DNA of 64,000 bases from the NCBI GenBank assembly GCA_964234715.1, contig OZ174280.1. One strand, written 5' to 3'. Each line of letters begins with the position of its first letter. Within the stretch, counting starts at the first letter, position 1. Shown piece after piece: positions 50,480 through 64,000 of the stretch. The position numbers and the translations under genes are program-made. The DNA is from Podarcis melisellensis (taxonomy: Eukaryota). Under the pieces are notes generated by a model. It saw only the letters and a program-made list of their open reading frames with translations, was not told the origin of the DNA and did not search any database.

Positions 50480-51310
50480 TTTGGGAGCTGCAGCCGCCTC
50501 CGCAGAACATCCCTGCACTTGTCAGGAGATTCCTGGGTAAGATGTGCGCGTGCGCGCCGATTATTTGCGATTAATTCATACTTCCAAAGGCGAAGCACGC
50601 ACCTCGGCAATGGAAGCAGATTTCGCGGCCAAGCCAAAGGGAACGCTGCCTAAAATCAAACTCTTAAAAAAACAAAAAACAACCCGACCCCACGAAGACA
50701 GCCCTCGCCTATTTCCAGTTTCCACCTTCAGCACGTCGCTCGGACCTTCCTTTCCCTCTCCAACGGCCGCTCCGCGAGTCCCGCTCCAGCGAAACCTCCC
50801 AAACCCTCGCACACTCACCAGCATTTCTCTCCCGCGGCGTCGGGGGCAGCTCCACTACGCACCCCAACTCCTTGGACCCCATCCCTACGGCGGCTACCTC
50901 AGAACTGCCGCTTCCGCCTCAGCCCCACCGGAAATACCCGCCCTCTTCGAGTCGCCTGACGAATCAGGAGGAGCAGGCGAGAGCGCGCGCGGCCGCTCCG
51001 TGACCCCCACTTCGCCGGTAACCGGAATGCTGCTTAGCAACGCAGCGGCCTTAGCAACCGAGCGGCCACCCCTTTGCATATACAGTATAAATACACACAC
51101 ACATACACACTGCCCGTTTTCGTCAAAAACAAAACCAAACCGAGCTGGGCTTTGCCAGAGGGTCCCCGCTGGAAGTTTTGAAGCAGCCCAGGAAAGAAGG
51201 AGCAGTGGAGGCTAGGGCAGTCTGTATACGGCAAGAGCAGAACGAGGGGTGTGTAGGGAATTGCGAAGGCTTCGAGACTGAGAGGGTGGTGGGCAGAGGC
51301 CACGAACTGA
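50480..51310. promoter_or_regulatory. CpG island / bidirectional promoter of TMEM53 and ARMH1
   Basis: The only large non-repeat CpG-dense block in the window, lying between divergent genes; CCGGAA ETS cores (50928, 51022) and X-box-like GCTGCTTAGCAAC (51029-51041) and GCGGCCTTAGCAAC (51045-51058). Confidence 0.85.
50819..50882 (-). CDS. TMEM53: TMEM53 coding exon 1 (MGSKELGCVVELPPTPRERNA)
   Basis: ATG inside the CpG island; CTG|gtgagt donor; 64 nt gives phase 1 as exon 2 requires; resembles the M-x3-EL-x3-[VI]E[LI]P N-terminus; the joined protein is 277 aa. Confidence 0.88.
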
Positions 51311-51551
51311 GAAGCTAGAATTCAAGCCTCCTCTGAACGAGGAGAGAAAGGCACTGGACACTTTGCTGCATTATTCGTTTATTCTGCATCTCAAATTCCA
51401 AAGCTGAGCTCCAGCAGAAAATCAGGGTGGGAGAAAACAAGCCCCACCCCACTCCGCAAGAACATATTTCTGGGGATGCAAAGAAGTTTTGCATTTTGTT
51501 GTTTATGTTTGCCCTGGCAGGGTTATCATTTGTTTTGTTTTGTTTTCCTAG

Positions 51552-51602
51552 CAGGATTCCTGTGACTTTAACAACTGCAGGATGGAGTAGTTCAGACACT
51601 TG
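51552..51602 (+). other. ARMH1: Candidate non-coding 5' UTR exon of ARMH1
   Basis: U-rich tract plus TAGCAG tandem acceptor and TTG|gtgagt donor between the promoter and the first coding exon. Splice signals only. Confidence 0.4.
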
Positions 51603-54600
51603 GTGAGTTGAACCTTAATGTCTTTCTGCAAGAAACTCATCACAAATCTGAACTACAATGGACAGCAATTTTTAGCTCACAGCTTATCTAAATTTTAGGT
51701 TCTAGAGCCTACAGTATATTGTTTTTGCCCAAGCACATCACTATGAAGGATTCTAGGTTGGGTTGTTTTCATTATGCCTATTTTTGAATGGGTTAAGATG
51801 ATTCTAATACCAGGCAGAAAGGATCTCCTTTGGGGAGTACTGTAATATAATTAGTTCTTTCAGGGAAGAAGAGTTAGAACGCATTCCCAACCATTCCTAC
51901 TTAAGAGTAAGTTCATTGAATCCAACGGAGCTTACTGCCAGGTAAGTGAAATTATGATTGCAGCTTTAGTTACTGGGAAAGATTTTAACATTGTGTGTAC
52001 CAGATGTGAAAAAACAGAGAAATCAAAGGGATATCTTCTAAAATGATTTTAATTAGGTAACTAGGCCACTTGATATATGAAGAAGTTACTGTCCTTTGGC
52101 TAAAGTATGTGCTTTTTACTTTATGTCCTACAATTCATCAGGCATATTGATTGTACACTTCTGCTTCCATAGAGCGTTGGAGAAACTGAGATTGGACTCC
52201 ACAACATGGTTGGATCACTCTGTCTATTGGATCTTTAGTTTATATAATAGATAGTTAGTGATTATGTGTATTTATTAACACCTCCAGGATCTTTATAAAC
52301 TTGACATCTCATGAGAAATAGGAAAAACCCACAAATTTCAATAACTTTTTGAGACATGATATATATGACCAAGCCCATAAGAAATATTTTTAAGGTGGGG
52401 GAATTTTAAAAGCTTAAGTTGTTAGAAATTAACAAATTGCAAAAGATACTACTGGGACAGGCTCCTTCACTCAAGATGGGAGCCAGGTAACATAATCAAT
52501 ATTCTGAGTGTTTAGAAGTTTCTGTTTTCTGATACTAAAGAATATATAAAAGCTTAAAAAGGACTGGTAGTTTTCCATTAGAATTCTGTGAGCACTTCTC
52601 AGTAGAACTTGTACCACATTTAACTCCATTGTTTTGTTAATACTGAGGTGCCCAAGGTTGAAACTCCTGATATATGTAGGGAGGTGATATTAGTAGTTAT
52701 CCAAAAGCATTTTGCCCCTTGGGGCAATCCTGTTCATATATTAGATGTGAAAATGTTTACTATGTTTCTCAATGGAAGGATTAATTATACTCTTATACAT
52801 TTACACACCCTATATTTAAAGCATATTTATACCACTTTAACAGCCATGGTTTCTCCCAAAGAATCATGGAAACTGGAGCTTACCCTTAAGTGAATACAGT
52901 TCCTAAGATTCTTTGTGAAAGCCTTATGCTTTAAATGAATCAAATGCTGTGATTATGACCCATAATCAGGTTCTGAATATCATTCAGTTTCATGAAATGC
53001 CCCAAATCCTAATCATTTTTCTCTGGATATGGACAGTACATTGGATTGCTTGAAAAAGATTACCTTAAAAGGCTTTCAAATAAAATGAATTTCAGGGAAC
53101 GTTTTGTATGGGCCTTCGGACTGAGAAGGAGCATTAAATCATGTTGCTTTTCTGTGAGGGGTCCGTAGCCATTGCTCTGAAAGAGATTAAACAGGTTTGC
53201 TCTTCCTGCGGACAATACTAGGTTGTTTTTGAAGAACCTGCTGCAGTTCTTGCCTGCTCTGCTCAATAACCTAAGAATGTACAGTATTATTCAACCTTTA
53301 AATCACCTTAGACAAATTGGAACAGTGGAAGGAATTCAAAGTCATACTAAAACAAAAGTTCCATCAGCACAAACATTTTTGCTTGCCTGATGGAAATACC
53401 TCTCCATGCTGTTCTGGGCATTCTCCTGGCACCTCCCCAAGCTAATTTGTGGGGATGGGGGTGCACAGGAGAGGAGAGGAAGGAAAGTCCCATTGCTTAG
53501 TAAAATCCAGCCCTTTAATACCCAAGGTAAAAAAAGAAATAGTATTTTGCATTGGTAGTGTTTAAGGCTCCAGATTACAAATAAGCTTAAAGACCTGAAG
53601 AATGGAAGTTTTGCTTTTATACTGTTCAACATTAAGGATGCTGTACATATTTTGAATGGCTGTTAAGGTCTCTCTTAAGGGATGTACAGCAACACTAAAA
53701 TGGCAGTGTTTCCTAAAGTGTTAGATCTGTTTCAGATTGTGCTTATGGTTCCATTAAAGTGGTTAACAGCTTGGCAAAAATATTATATGGCAAGGCAAGA
53801 AGCCAAGGATTGCTAGATTTACTATGCATTAGCCAATTAAGCATGGTGGGCTTCCTGTTCTGGATTTCACATTGGATTGCTATGCTGCTGAGTTTTGTGA
53901 TTTCATTAGTTTGGTACAAGTGCCAGAAAACAAATATTGGAAGAAGATGGAAAACAAAGGGATACCCAATTACTCAGGTACTGTGGTATGTTTTTCTTTC
54001 TAAATATAGACTTAAAACCTGGCAGCATTATATCCCTGACTTCATATGGGAGAAATGGAAAGAAAAGTTACCTCAGATATCTCCCCTCTTACTTTTTAAA
54101 AATCCTCCATAGCAGCTGTGTTTGTAGCACTCAAATGTATACCTAATTGGCATCTTGGATAAATAGGCAGTTTCTGTTTGTGGCTCAAGATATCCTTGTA
54201 CACTAATTCAAATGTCTACAAATAAAAAGGCTGGTGAGAGAGAGCTCTTGAAAATACTTTCTACAGAATTAAGTGCTTTTGTCATTTAACAATATGTACA
54301 CATGGCAGATTTCTCATGTTCTGAGTTCAGCACTTGAACAGGTATGTTTTTACCTCACTGACATCCAGAACCTATCTGTGCAGATGGCAAACTTGTGCCA
54401 GTCTCAATCTTTTCCAACTCAATCCAGAAGGCAATTGTGGGCTGAAGTCCCTATGTGTCTGGATTGCAGAAGATAGATGTGGAACATATAATACCTTTTG
54501 AGAGTTTCTCTGTGGCTGTGCCCTTAAAAATGCATTTTCCTTTGTTGGAAGCCTGAATCTCTTTGTGTCAACTGTGAATAAAGGTAAACATATTCACAGT

Positions 54601-55659
54601 AGGTGGTGCCATTGAATCTTCAAATAAGAACATGATGTGGCCATGCAGCCTTCTCCCCCGTGACTGACTTCTGTGTATCAAGTGCTGTAGCCAAGTAGAT
54701 GAAGATTTATCTTTAGCAGTCAAAGGACTCATTGCTTCCTAGAAAAAGGAGGGAATATATGCCCCCATAAAAATATGGAGATGTTAATTTAGAATCAAAC
54801 TAGCAATTGTTTCAGTTGGAAAGTTCTTTTAACTAGATAAGTGTAGAGGACACAGGTGCACAATATGGAGCTATAATTTATAGTGAATGTCCCAAGATGA
54901 AAAACAACTTCTGCCAAAACGCAAATATCAGCTACAAGGCTCACGAGTAAGATTTCACAAATATTCTGTAAATCAAGTGAATGAGACTCATGTTTCACCT
55001 CGTCCTCTGAAAGGCTGCTACAGCTGTTCCCTTGTCAGTGCTAACATTTGTTATGGCTAATAACACTTTCAATCACAACTATTTGAGGAAAATTGATTTA
55101 TTTAGAACCTTCTCTCCTGTGCTGAAAATACTCTGCCAAGGACAAAAGCTCCTGCAAACCACAGGTTGTTAATTCCCTGATGGATTCCTATGCATGTCTC
55201 AGCACTGCTTCTTTATACATTTTTGAAGGGGCTGTAAAGAAAAAAAATGAGATAGGTAAGCTCTTCTTTATATTTAATGTTGCCTTTATCATAGCAATTC
55301 TGTAGATGTTACCCCTCAAAATTTTGTATGTGAATCAAATCTGAGTTTCATGTGCTGTCTATAGGATAAATAAGATTAGTGGGGCAGTGCTGCCATAACT
55401 TCCAAGATGTCTGTGTTGAGTTTTTGCCTTTCAGACCGACCTACAGAATCCATTTTCATTAGCCACTTTACCAAATGCCAAAATTTGGTAACTACAGAAT
55501 GACACTGCTTGTTAAGCCTACATTACTGAAATACTTGTTAGTACCTTGACAAAACAAACTAGGCTTTAATATGGTTCAAACTATGGTTTAAAACAAGCAT
55601 GGTGACTTGCTTTAAATTACAATTTTAATGTGAGATGCAAGGTGTGCCAGTGTCAAAGT

Positions 55660-55795
55660 CAGGCATAGGCAAACTCGGCCTTCCAGATGTTTTGAGACTA
55701 CAACTCCCATCATCCCTGACCACTGGTCCCGTTAGCTGGAGATGATGGGAGTTGTACTCCTGAAACATCTGGAGTGCCGAGTTTGCCTATGCCTG
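55660..55795. mobile_element. Young 136-bp palindromic hAT MITE
   Basis: TIR CAGGCATAGGCAAACTCGGC / GCCGAGTTTGCCTATGCCTG; perfect 8-bp TSD gtcaaagt at 55652-55659 and 55796-55803. Confidence 0.93.
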
Positions 55796-55827
55796 GTCAA
55801 AGTAGATGGGGCTGGTGTATTCTCTGA

Positions 55828-56127
<300 letters not shown>

Positions 56128-56499
56128 TAACAAGAGCCAAAAAAGAAAGCAATAATTTCCCCATTAAAATTACCAGAATTGGCTACATATTGGCTTGATA
56201 AATTATATTTATTTTTATACCAGTTATTAGTATAAATTGCACCAACTTTTGCTAATTTTAGGGCAATTGTGCTCCAGTTATGGTAGCAGAATTTAATAAT
56301 CCTGGACTTTTCCTGCAATATTGCCCAATGTCTTAAGTTCACAGAAAACTTTGCAAGTCCTACTTCAGACATGTCATTCCTCTAAATAAAGTATGAACTC
56401 CTGCAAAAGGGCTGAGGTGAGTAGGGAGAAAATCAGATTCAGCTGAGGTTTAGTGTGCCAGAATGTATTTAATTTAAAGCCTTCACAAACTCACAATAG

Positions 56500-56568
56500 T
56501 TACATGTATGGAACGTGCCTAGAGCAACAATTGAAGTCCATTGGCATCTTCCTATCAGCTGCAAGTGG
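56500..56568 (+). CDS. ARMH1: ARMH1 coding exon 2 (YMYGTCLEQQLKSIGIFLSAAS)
   Basis: 69 nt, phase 2/2; aatag acceptor and GG|gtaagt donor; absent from the ORF track but needed for frame continuity. Confidence 0.9.
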
Positions 56569-57210
56569 GTAAGTAAAAAATGTACCATTTCTATATTTGG
56601 ATAGGATGCTGAGGTTTTTAGCACATTATGTTGGTGTGAAAGAGGTAGTGAGAATGTGGTGTTTGGGAAAATGTAATTGTATTATCAAAGAGATTGGCAA
56701 ATATAAAAAGCTCTGCTTTCTGTGGCTTGGTGCTTCTTTGCCTGTTGCCTAAATAACCATTTTATCAAACATGAAATCATGCAACTTGCACACTGGCATG
56801 GCTTCAGGAATAAAAACTACTCCAGCAACAACCATAGGGAATGTTCTTAGATGAAGCATTCCTATAATCTCCTTGGCTGAGATACCAGGTTGTAAGTGTT
56901 GGATTTGGGAATACCTATGCCCAGTTCTGTATATGGAAAATATGGTCAAAGTTTTCTTCCCCCATAAGAAAACTGGAATTGCTTTAGTTCATCAGCTTGC
57001 ATTCCTGTAAAGAATGGAACACTAGTGAATGACTGAAGTGCAAAGTCTTTCCCTTGGCAGCTCTGCTGCTTTAGTAAAGGGGTTACTAAAGTGGTGTTTA
57101 GGAAGAGAAGCAGTGGAGCTGCCAATTACTTTGCCTATGAAAAGAAACGTAACTGTTAATAAGTGTGAAATAATAACTGAAATCATATTATGCAATCTTG
57201 TTGCAAATAG

Positions 57211-57435
<225 letters not shown>

Positions 57436-58268
57436 TGAGATGTACTGCCAGATATTTAAGTGAAGTGGTTTTCTGACCTCAGGGTTTTCCCCACAGAGCT
57501 CAGCTTATTCTTTCCACCCCAGTGAATACCACTGATAGAAAAGAGTTGCTTTCTTCTTCAGTATCTCACCTGTCACAGGTTCATCAATAAAAGGGCATGG
57601 AAACATTTGATTCTCACAAGGATCTTACTTTGTAGTGTTTTCCTTTCATTGCAGTATATAGCAGCCAGGATATTTCTACCTGTAGAAGATGAATAGATCT
57701 CTGAAACATCAGCATATTAATATCTCTGTAAAGTTTCCTTTCTTGGGTAGAGTAGGATGAAGTGTTTTAACTACAGTATTAAAAATTAGTGTATGGGGAG
57801 TTAAACGCAAATAAATTCACCTAGGCGGGAATATAAACTTTTTTTAGTATCTACCATAAAGTGACAGTGGATGCTTGTTTACTGCATTGCTCCACTGAAA
57901 TGGATGAGTGTGATATATGTCCATCCCAGTCTAGCAAGGGAAAGCTGTATGTGAAAAGTACACTGTAAATGGGGATGCAGATTTTGCATCTGGATGTGCA
58001 TTCACATAGGAGTGCTCAATGAATCTCATTTAACTGGTTGAATATGGCTTTTCATGCAAATCTGAAGCTGCATCCAAATTCAGAGCCAGTCATTGCTGCC
58101 CATAACTAGTTGTGTGAGCTTGAACTCTATTGATTAGATTGGATTTATATTCAGCATTATCCCACTGGCTCAAAGCAGCTTACAGTGGCTTTCCCCCTAA
58201 ACCTTAATAGTCCTGTCCCCTAAGCTCCCACTTCCTACTTGCTGCAAGCCATATATAAGAGAGAGGCG

Positions 58269-58312
<44 letters not shown>
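58269..58312. repeat. Compound (CT)n(CA)n microsatellite
   Basis: Directly visible. Confidence 0.95.
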
Positions 58313-58964
58313 GTCAGTCCGTCTTGTGTTTACCCAGAAGTGAATCCCACTGAGTCCAATTTGGCTTACTCCCAAGAATACAAAGTGCATGTTTAACAAT
58401 TGTAACCTTAGACCAGCACAATTTCAAAAACAAGGACTGATTGAAACAGGGATTAAATCAACTGAATAAGGAGGCTATTTATTATTTATTTATTCATTTG
58501 CCCTAAAGTCTACAGAATTTTTACATAAATGGGCAAATACTTGAAAACTCAAAGTCTGAAAACCATTGCATATTTTAGCTAGTGTGAGGTGCAATGGCTT
58601 CACTCCACTTTGTTTTCAGTTGTAGACTCTGAAGGTATATGGGAAACAGGATTTACTTGAAGATAGCCCTGTACATTGATCCAAAATTTTCCATACATGA
58701 TACCATTTGAGAAACCCATTTAGTGATTAAATAGATGTGATGTTAAGTGTGTCTTTACATAAATCATACACATTTTAAGAATTGCAAATAGCAATTGGTT
58801 ACAATCATGTTCACTATTAGAGTGATTGCCTGCCAATGGTACTCTGCATATTTATCAATGTATAATAAGGGTGTCCTTTGCTACTTACAAAATACTTGTA
58901 TTAAAACTTACATTTTATTTAAATACAAGCTAAAACATGGGGCTGCTTAGCTGACAATTTCTAG

Positions 58965-59384
<420 letters not shown>

Positions 59385-60182
59385 TAAGTGCCAAATACCA
59401 TGCCAAAGGAACCAACTATATTAGGCAAGAAAGGCTAACAGATCTGACCTGAGTTTGATAATTGAACTATAAGTAATGGAGATATAAGTAACCCAAATAC
59501 ATTGCCTTAAAATACAATGTTTGTAATTGTATTTAAATAGGTTTAAAGGGAGTTTCTTTTAAAAAATTACTGAAATCCTATTCTGCCCCCATGTCTAAAA
59601 TCTGAAATAGTACTCCTGAAAATATGTGGTTTTTTAAGCTAAGAACTGTCAGCTGTAGAACACACCACCCCAATTATGGCTAGATCTAGATTAGGGACAC
59701 ATAGAACTTATTGACATCTCCCTTAACCATTCTAGCTAATGGTTATTTCTAATTAATGCACTTATAAAACTGATTGGTATAACAGATTCATGAAGAAAGA
59801 GTGGTCTCCCTAAATACTGCCCTTGCATCTTTATGGTTCATTGCAGCATGTTGTCTGATCTCACCTGGGTGAGAGTTCACATTACTGCATTAGAGAAGTT
59901 GTTGTTTTTTTGTTCATTTTACAGCTCTTGCACCCCACGTTGTTTATATCAGCACAGCTTTAATTTGCAACAGGGAACTTCAATCAGTTACAGCAATCTT
60001 CCTTTTACATTCTTACAAAATGAATTGTCTTCCCTCAGAGTGTTTCATGTATATGTTAAAATATCGTCTGACGTGCTCCTAAAAGGGATTTGCATCACCA
60101 GGTCAAAATATAATCTTTTGTCTGCTTGATCATGCTGAAGATTTGGGTAGCCCAGCTCTTCCTTGTGATCTCTTGATTGTGA

Positions 60183-60383
<201 letters not shown>

Positions 60384-60947
60384 TGAAGCCAACCCTCAAA
60401 TCGTTGAGTCCAGGTGACTACCACATACTGAAATTGAAAATCAGTTTTAAAATAATGCACCAGTGAGCCAAATGTCTATAGGAAGGGAAGAACCCTAATA
60501 ACTAAGGCATTCATGAAAAAGCAAATTTTATGTAAGGTACAGCACAAGGTAGCCTACTTACAAGGCATACTGGTCTTTGGCTGGTGCCAAAGCTGGGTGA
60601 ATCCAGTGTGTGTTCTAATTTGCATGGAAGCTACCACAATTTTCTTTTTTAATGCTATATTTGCTTCAAAACAGATAACTTACAAATTCCCAAGTAGCAT
60701 AAACAGCATGTCTTCAAAGCAGGTGACTCACTGGCCTTTATTCCATACAGTTAAGCTGTGTGGTTAGTGCTACCAATTTTTTTAAAAACTAGTGTACGCA
60801 TTTTATGAAAGAACCAACAGACAGTGCCTTTACGGAGGGATTGAAGTCTTTAGGAACATGAGAACTGCACAATTAATGTGCTATATTGCCTAGTGCATTA
60901 ACAAACCCACTTTTAAATTGAGTGTTCTTTGTCCTATAACTGCCATA

Positions 60948-61090
60948 TAAACGTAAGAAGGACCTGCTGGATAAGGCCAGTGGCCCATCTAGTCCAGTAT
61001 CCCATTCTCAATGGCAGCCGGCAGCCTGTGGAAAGCCCAGAAGCAGGACCTGTGCTCTCCCTGCCTATGATTCCCAGTAACTAGTAAACA
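60948..61090 (-). mobile_element. CR1-type 3' end fragment
   Basis: cctgctggataaggccagtggcccatctagtccag, homologous to 42587-42720. Confidence 0.6.
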
Positions 61091-61225
61091 CACTGGAACA
61101 AATGATTAACAAAGACTGGACATAGTTGAACCACCTTTTAGGCTTTGTGTAGGCAAATTATTCCCCAAGAAAAACTGAGGCTTGCTCTGTGCAACAGGAG
61201 CTACCTTACTACTATTACTCTGTGA

Positions 61226-61815
<590 letters not shown>

Positions 61816-62320
61816 TTACTGTAGCATTTATATTCTTCATGTGTTGAGAAGGGAAGGCATATATTTTAACAACTTAAGCCCATCCTCTGTTCCTTTTCTT
61901 TTATCATGGGGCCCAACCTCTTTCCTCATTCATACCTGAAAACCTCTATCAAGCTCCAAGTTTGCTCAGAGCGGGACTGTAGGGGTATGGAATGAGAACC
62001 CATTGTGATAGAACAGAAATTCATCTCAATCACCAGCCTGAGAAACTGGAGCAGGGAGGGCTGCAGGCAAACATTGACATCTTTCAAAGCAGACCCAAAC
62101 CAACATTCCCTGCCTACCATCAAGGAATCAAATTTCTGCATGGCATGTGAAACAGCAATTAGCTGGTGCTAGCCTAAGTTAAACTGTGCTGCTGGATAGG
62201 TACTGAATGGATTTTCTGTGCAATTCAGTTCTTTCTGGACAGTGTTTTAGGTCAAAAGCAAAGCTTTGGGGCAGGCTATGAGACACAGTACCTGACTCCT
62301 ACATTGTTTCCTACATACAG

Positions 62321-62393
62321 AAGCTGGTACGTTACACTTGATGGAGTCCTTGCCAGCATATATTCAGCAAGCTGCTGCTGCCAAAGCCATTGG
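62321..62393 (+). CDS. ARMH1: ARMH1 coding exon 7 (AGTLHLMESLPAYIQQAAAAKAI)
   Basis: atacag acceptor (CAGAAG tandem), GG|gtaaga donor, 73 nt, phase 1 to 2; QQAAAAKAIG motif. Confidence 0.92.
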
Positions 62394-63430
62394 GTAAGAG
62401 ATTAGGATGGGTTACTGGAAGCAGTTGCCAACACAGAGGCAAACTGTGAAGCACTCTTAGCCCAGTTTTGTGTAGGCCACAGATGCAAACTAGAAAACAC
62501 CTCACTTATTGTGTGAAACAGCCACCAGTTCACAGTCCAGATTGACAAATTATATACACCCACTTCACCTGCTACTCAGATGGAGGCAGTAGGGCACTAG
62601 GTTGGGCAGTGTTTTTATATATTTTTAATTGATGGTGTTAACTATATGTTTTAATCATACTATGATATCTACTTGCTGCATTTTGTTCCAAGAACCTCAA
62701 AGTAGCAATTTTAGTCTCTTAACATAGCACACTGGCTAAGAGTGACTTGCATTGCCCAAGGCCAGCCAGTAACCAAGCATATCTATTTGAAACCCTCCCT
62801 ACCCCCATCCAAACATTACTATAAAATGGCTTTCAGGGGTTGAAGTTGAATCCATGCCTTCTGCTTCTTGATGCAACATTAGACAGCCAGCATCACATCC
62901 AGTCCCTTAAAACACATTCAGAACTAGAATACCTATATAATCCAACCACTATCCTCTTACCTTTCAGAGTTTATAACATGAGCTAGAATAGTCAGGTTAT
63001 CAATGGAGCTATACATAAAATATCCTCTGAATATACAGCTCCTCTCTAATCATTTTAGGGTTATCATCTTCAGCACTAGACAAAGTATTTGCTGCTTAGC
63101 CAAATTCATGTCACCATCCACCTTACTAGGCTTAGCACCATAACAACTCAATACAATAGATTTGCCCAGTCAGCTTATTTTCTTGGCAGCGTGTGCCTTT
63201 AACAACTGTTGCAGAAATCCAACAGTGCAACAGTTAGGAAAGCTGAACCTGTTGGATGTCTTCTATTACTATTGGATGTCTCACTGTCAACCAGCTGGCA
63301 CAGAACAACCTAGATCTCTCTAGCTTGTAAATTAGTGGGATGCTCCCTCTGCTCTTAAACCCCCTTCCCCCTCTCTTATCTGTTTATTGAAAACATTTTT
63401 ATCCCACTCTTCAAACACTCAACTTTGCAG

Positions 63431-63560
63431 AATTCTGGCCCAAGACTCCAGAGATGTGGCTGAGGAGCTGGTCTTCTTGAGAGTGGTGCATGGTCTCATG
63501 TGTGCCATGGGCAACAAAGATCACACTAACTGCCAGAGGCAGGCCAGCATTACCCTAGAG
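63431..63560 (+). CDS. ARMH1: ARMH1 coding exon 8 (ILAQDSRDVAEELVFLRVVHGLMCAMGNKDHTNCQRQASITLE); gene continues beyond the window
   Basis: tttgcag acceptor; 130 nt, phase 2 to 0; ends GAG|gcaagt (GC-type donor) where similarity to ARMH1 stops. Confidence 0.9.
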
Positions 63561-64000
63561 GCAAGTGACTTTGTTGAAAAGGAGGAAACTGGGCATAGAT
63601 GTGTATTGTCACTTTTTCAAAGCTCTCTAAGTGAAGGGGTTGTTTCGGTGGGTGGAATGGATGGATTGGATGAGATAAAAAGTTAGTCAGTGGATTAAGC
63701 ACTAAAGAATACAAAGATCAGACTATGACAGGAATAAGGCTTTCTTAGTATTTAACATGCATGGCTTGTAGATGTTGGAAGCATGGGAGCAGAAACTGCC
63801 TGTATATTTATGCCAAAATCTACAGAAGTGTTTTTAAACTGTTTCTAATGTATTTTAATGCCCTGGGATCTTAGGGTGAAGGACGGGTAATTAATAAATT
63901 AATACCACTAGAGAACTTTTAAAGTCTCAATTGTGCTGGGAAATTATGGTTGAGGCTAGAGCTTTGGAAAGGGATAACGGCAGCCCCCCACTAAAGATTC

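Noticed and set aside
50544-51215. 223-aa + strand ORF
   Set aside because: Lies in the GC-rich CpG island, antisense to TMEM53 exon 1; the Pro/Arg/Ser-rich low-complexity product is typical of stop-poor promoter DNA.

Overview
Eukaryotic (vertebrate) genomic DNA, most likely from a squamate reptile. A lacertid-type lizard is inferred from the repeat landscape and is not proven. Three intron-containing genes can be reconstructed exon by exon with consistent reading phase. (1) The last three coding exons of RNF220 (+; 10123-10231, 12517-12591, 22572-22643), which encode the C3HC4 RING. (2) The complete TMEM53 CDS (-; 50882-50819, 50402-50290, 49101-48445; 277 aa). (3) The first eight coding exons of ARMH1/C1orf228 (+; 55888-63560, continuing past the window). 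TMEM53 and ARMH1 are head-to-head across a CpG island with tandem RFX X-box-like motifs; RNF220 and TMEM53 are tail-to-tail about 25.8 kb apart. The rest is intronic or intergenic DNA with many non-autonomous DNA transposons (Tc1/mariner TA-TSD MITEs, hAT 8-bp-TSD MITEs), L2 and CR1 LINE remnants, a tRNA-derived SINE, a probable solo LTR, microsatellites and several enhancer-like unique blocks. The most notable observations are a U12-type (minor spliceosome) intron and a GC-AG donor in ARMH1, a candidate 18-nt RNF220 microexon, a nested L2/Tc2-MITE site with a TA-CA-TA excision-footprint-like scar, and two 136-bp hAT MITEs that share a core but carry symmetrically different TIRs. No novel protein-coding system, CRISPR array or functional RNA gene could be supported. 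Almost all short ORFs in the supplied track are spurious.
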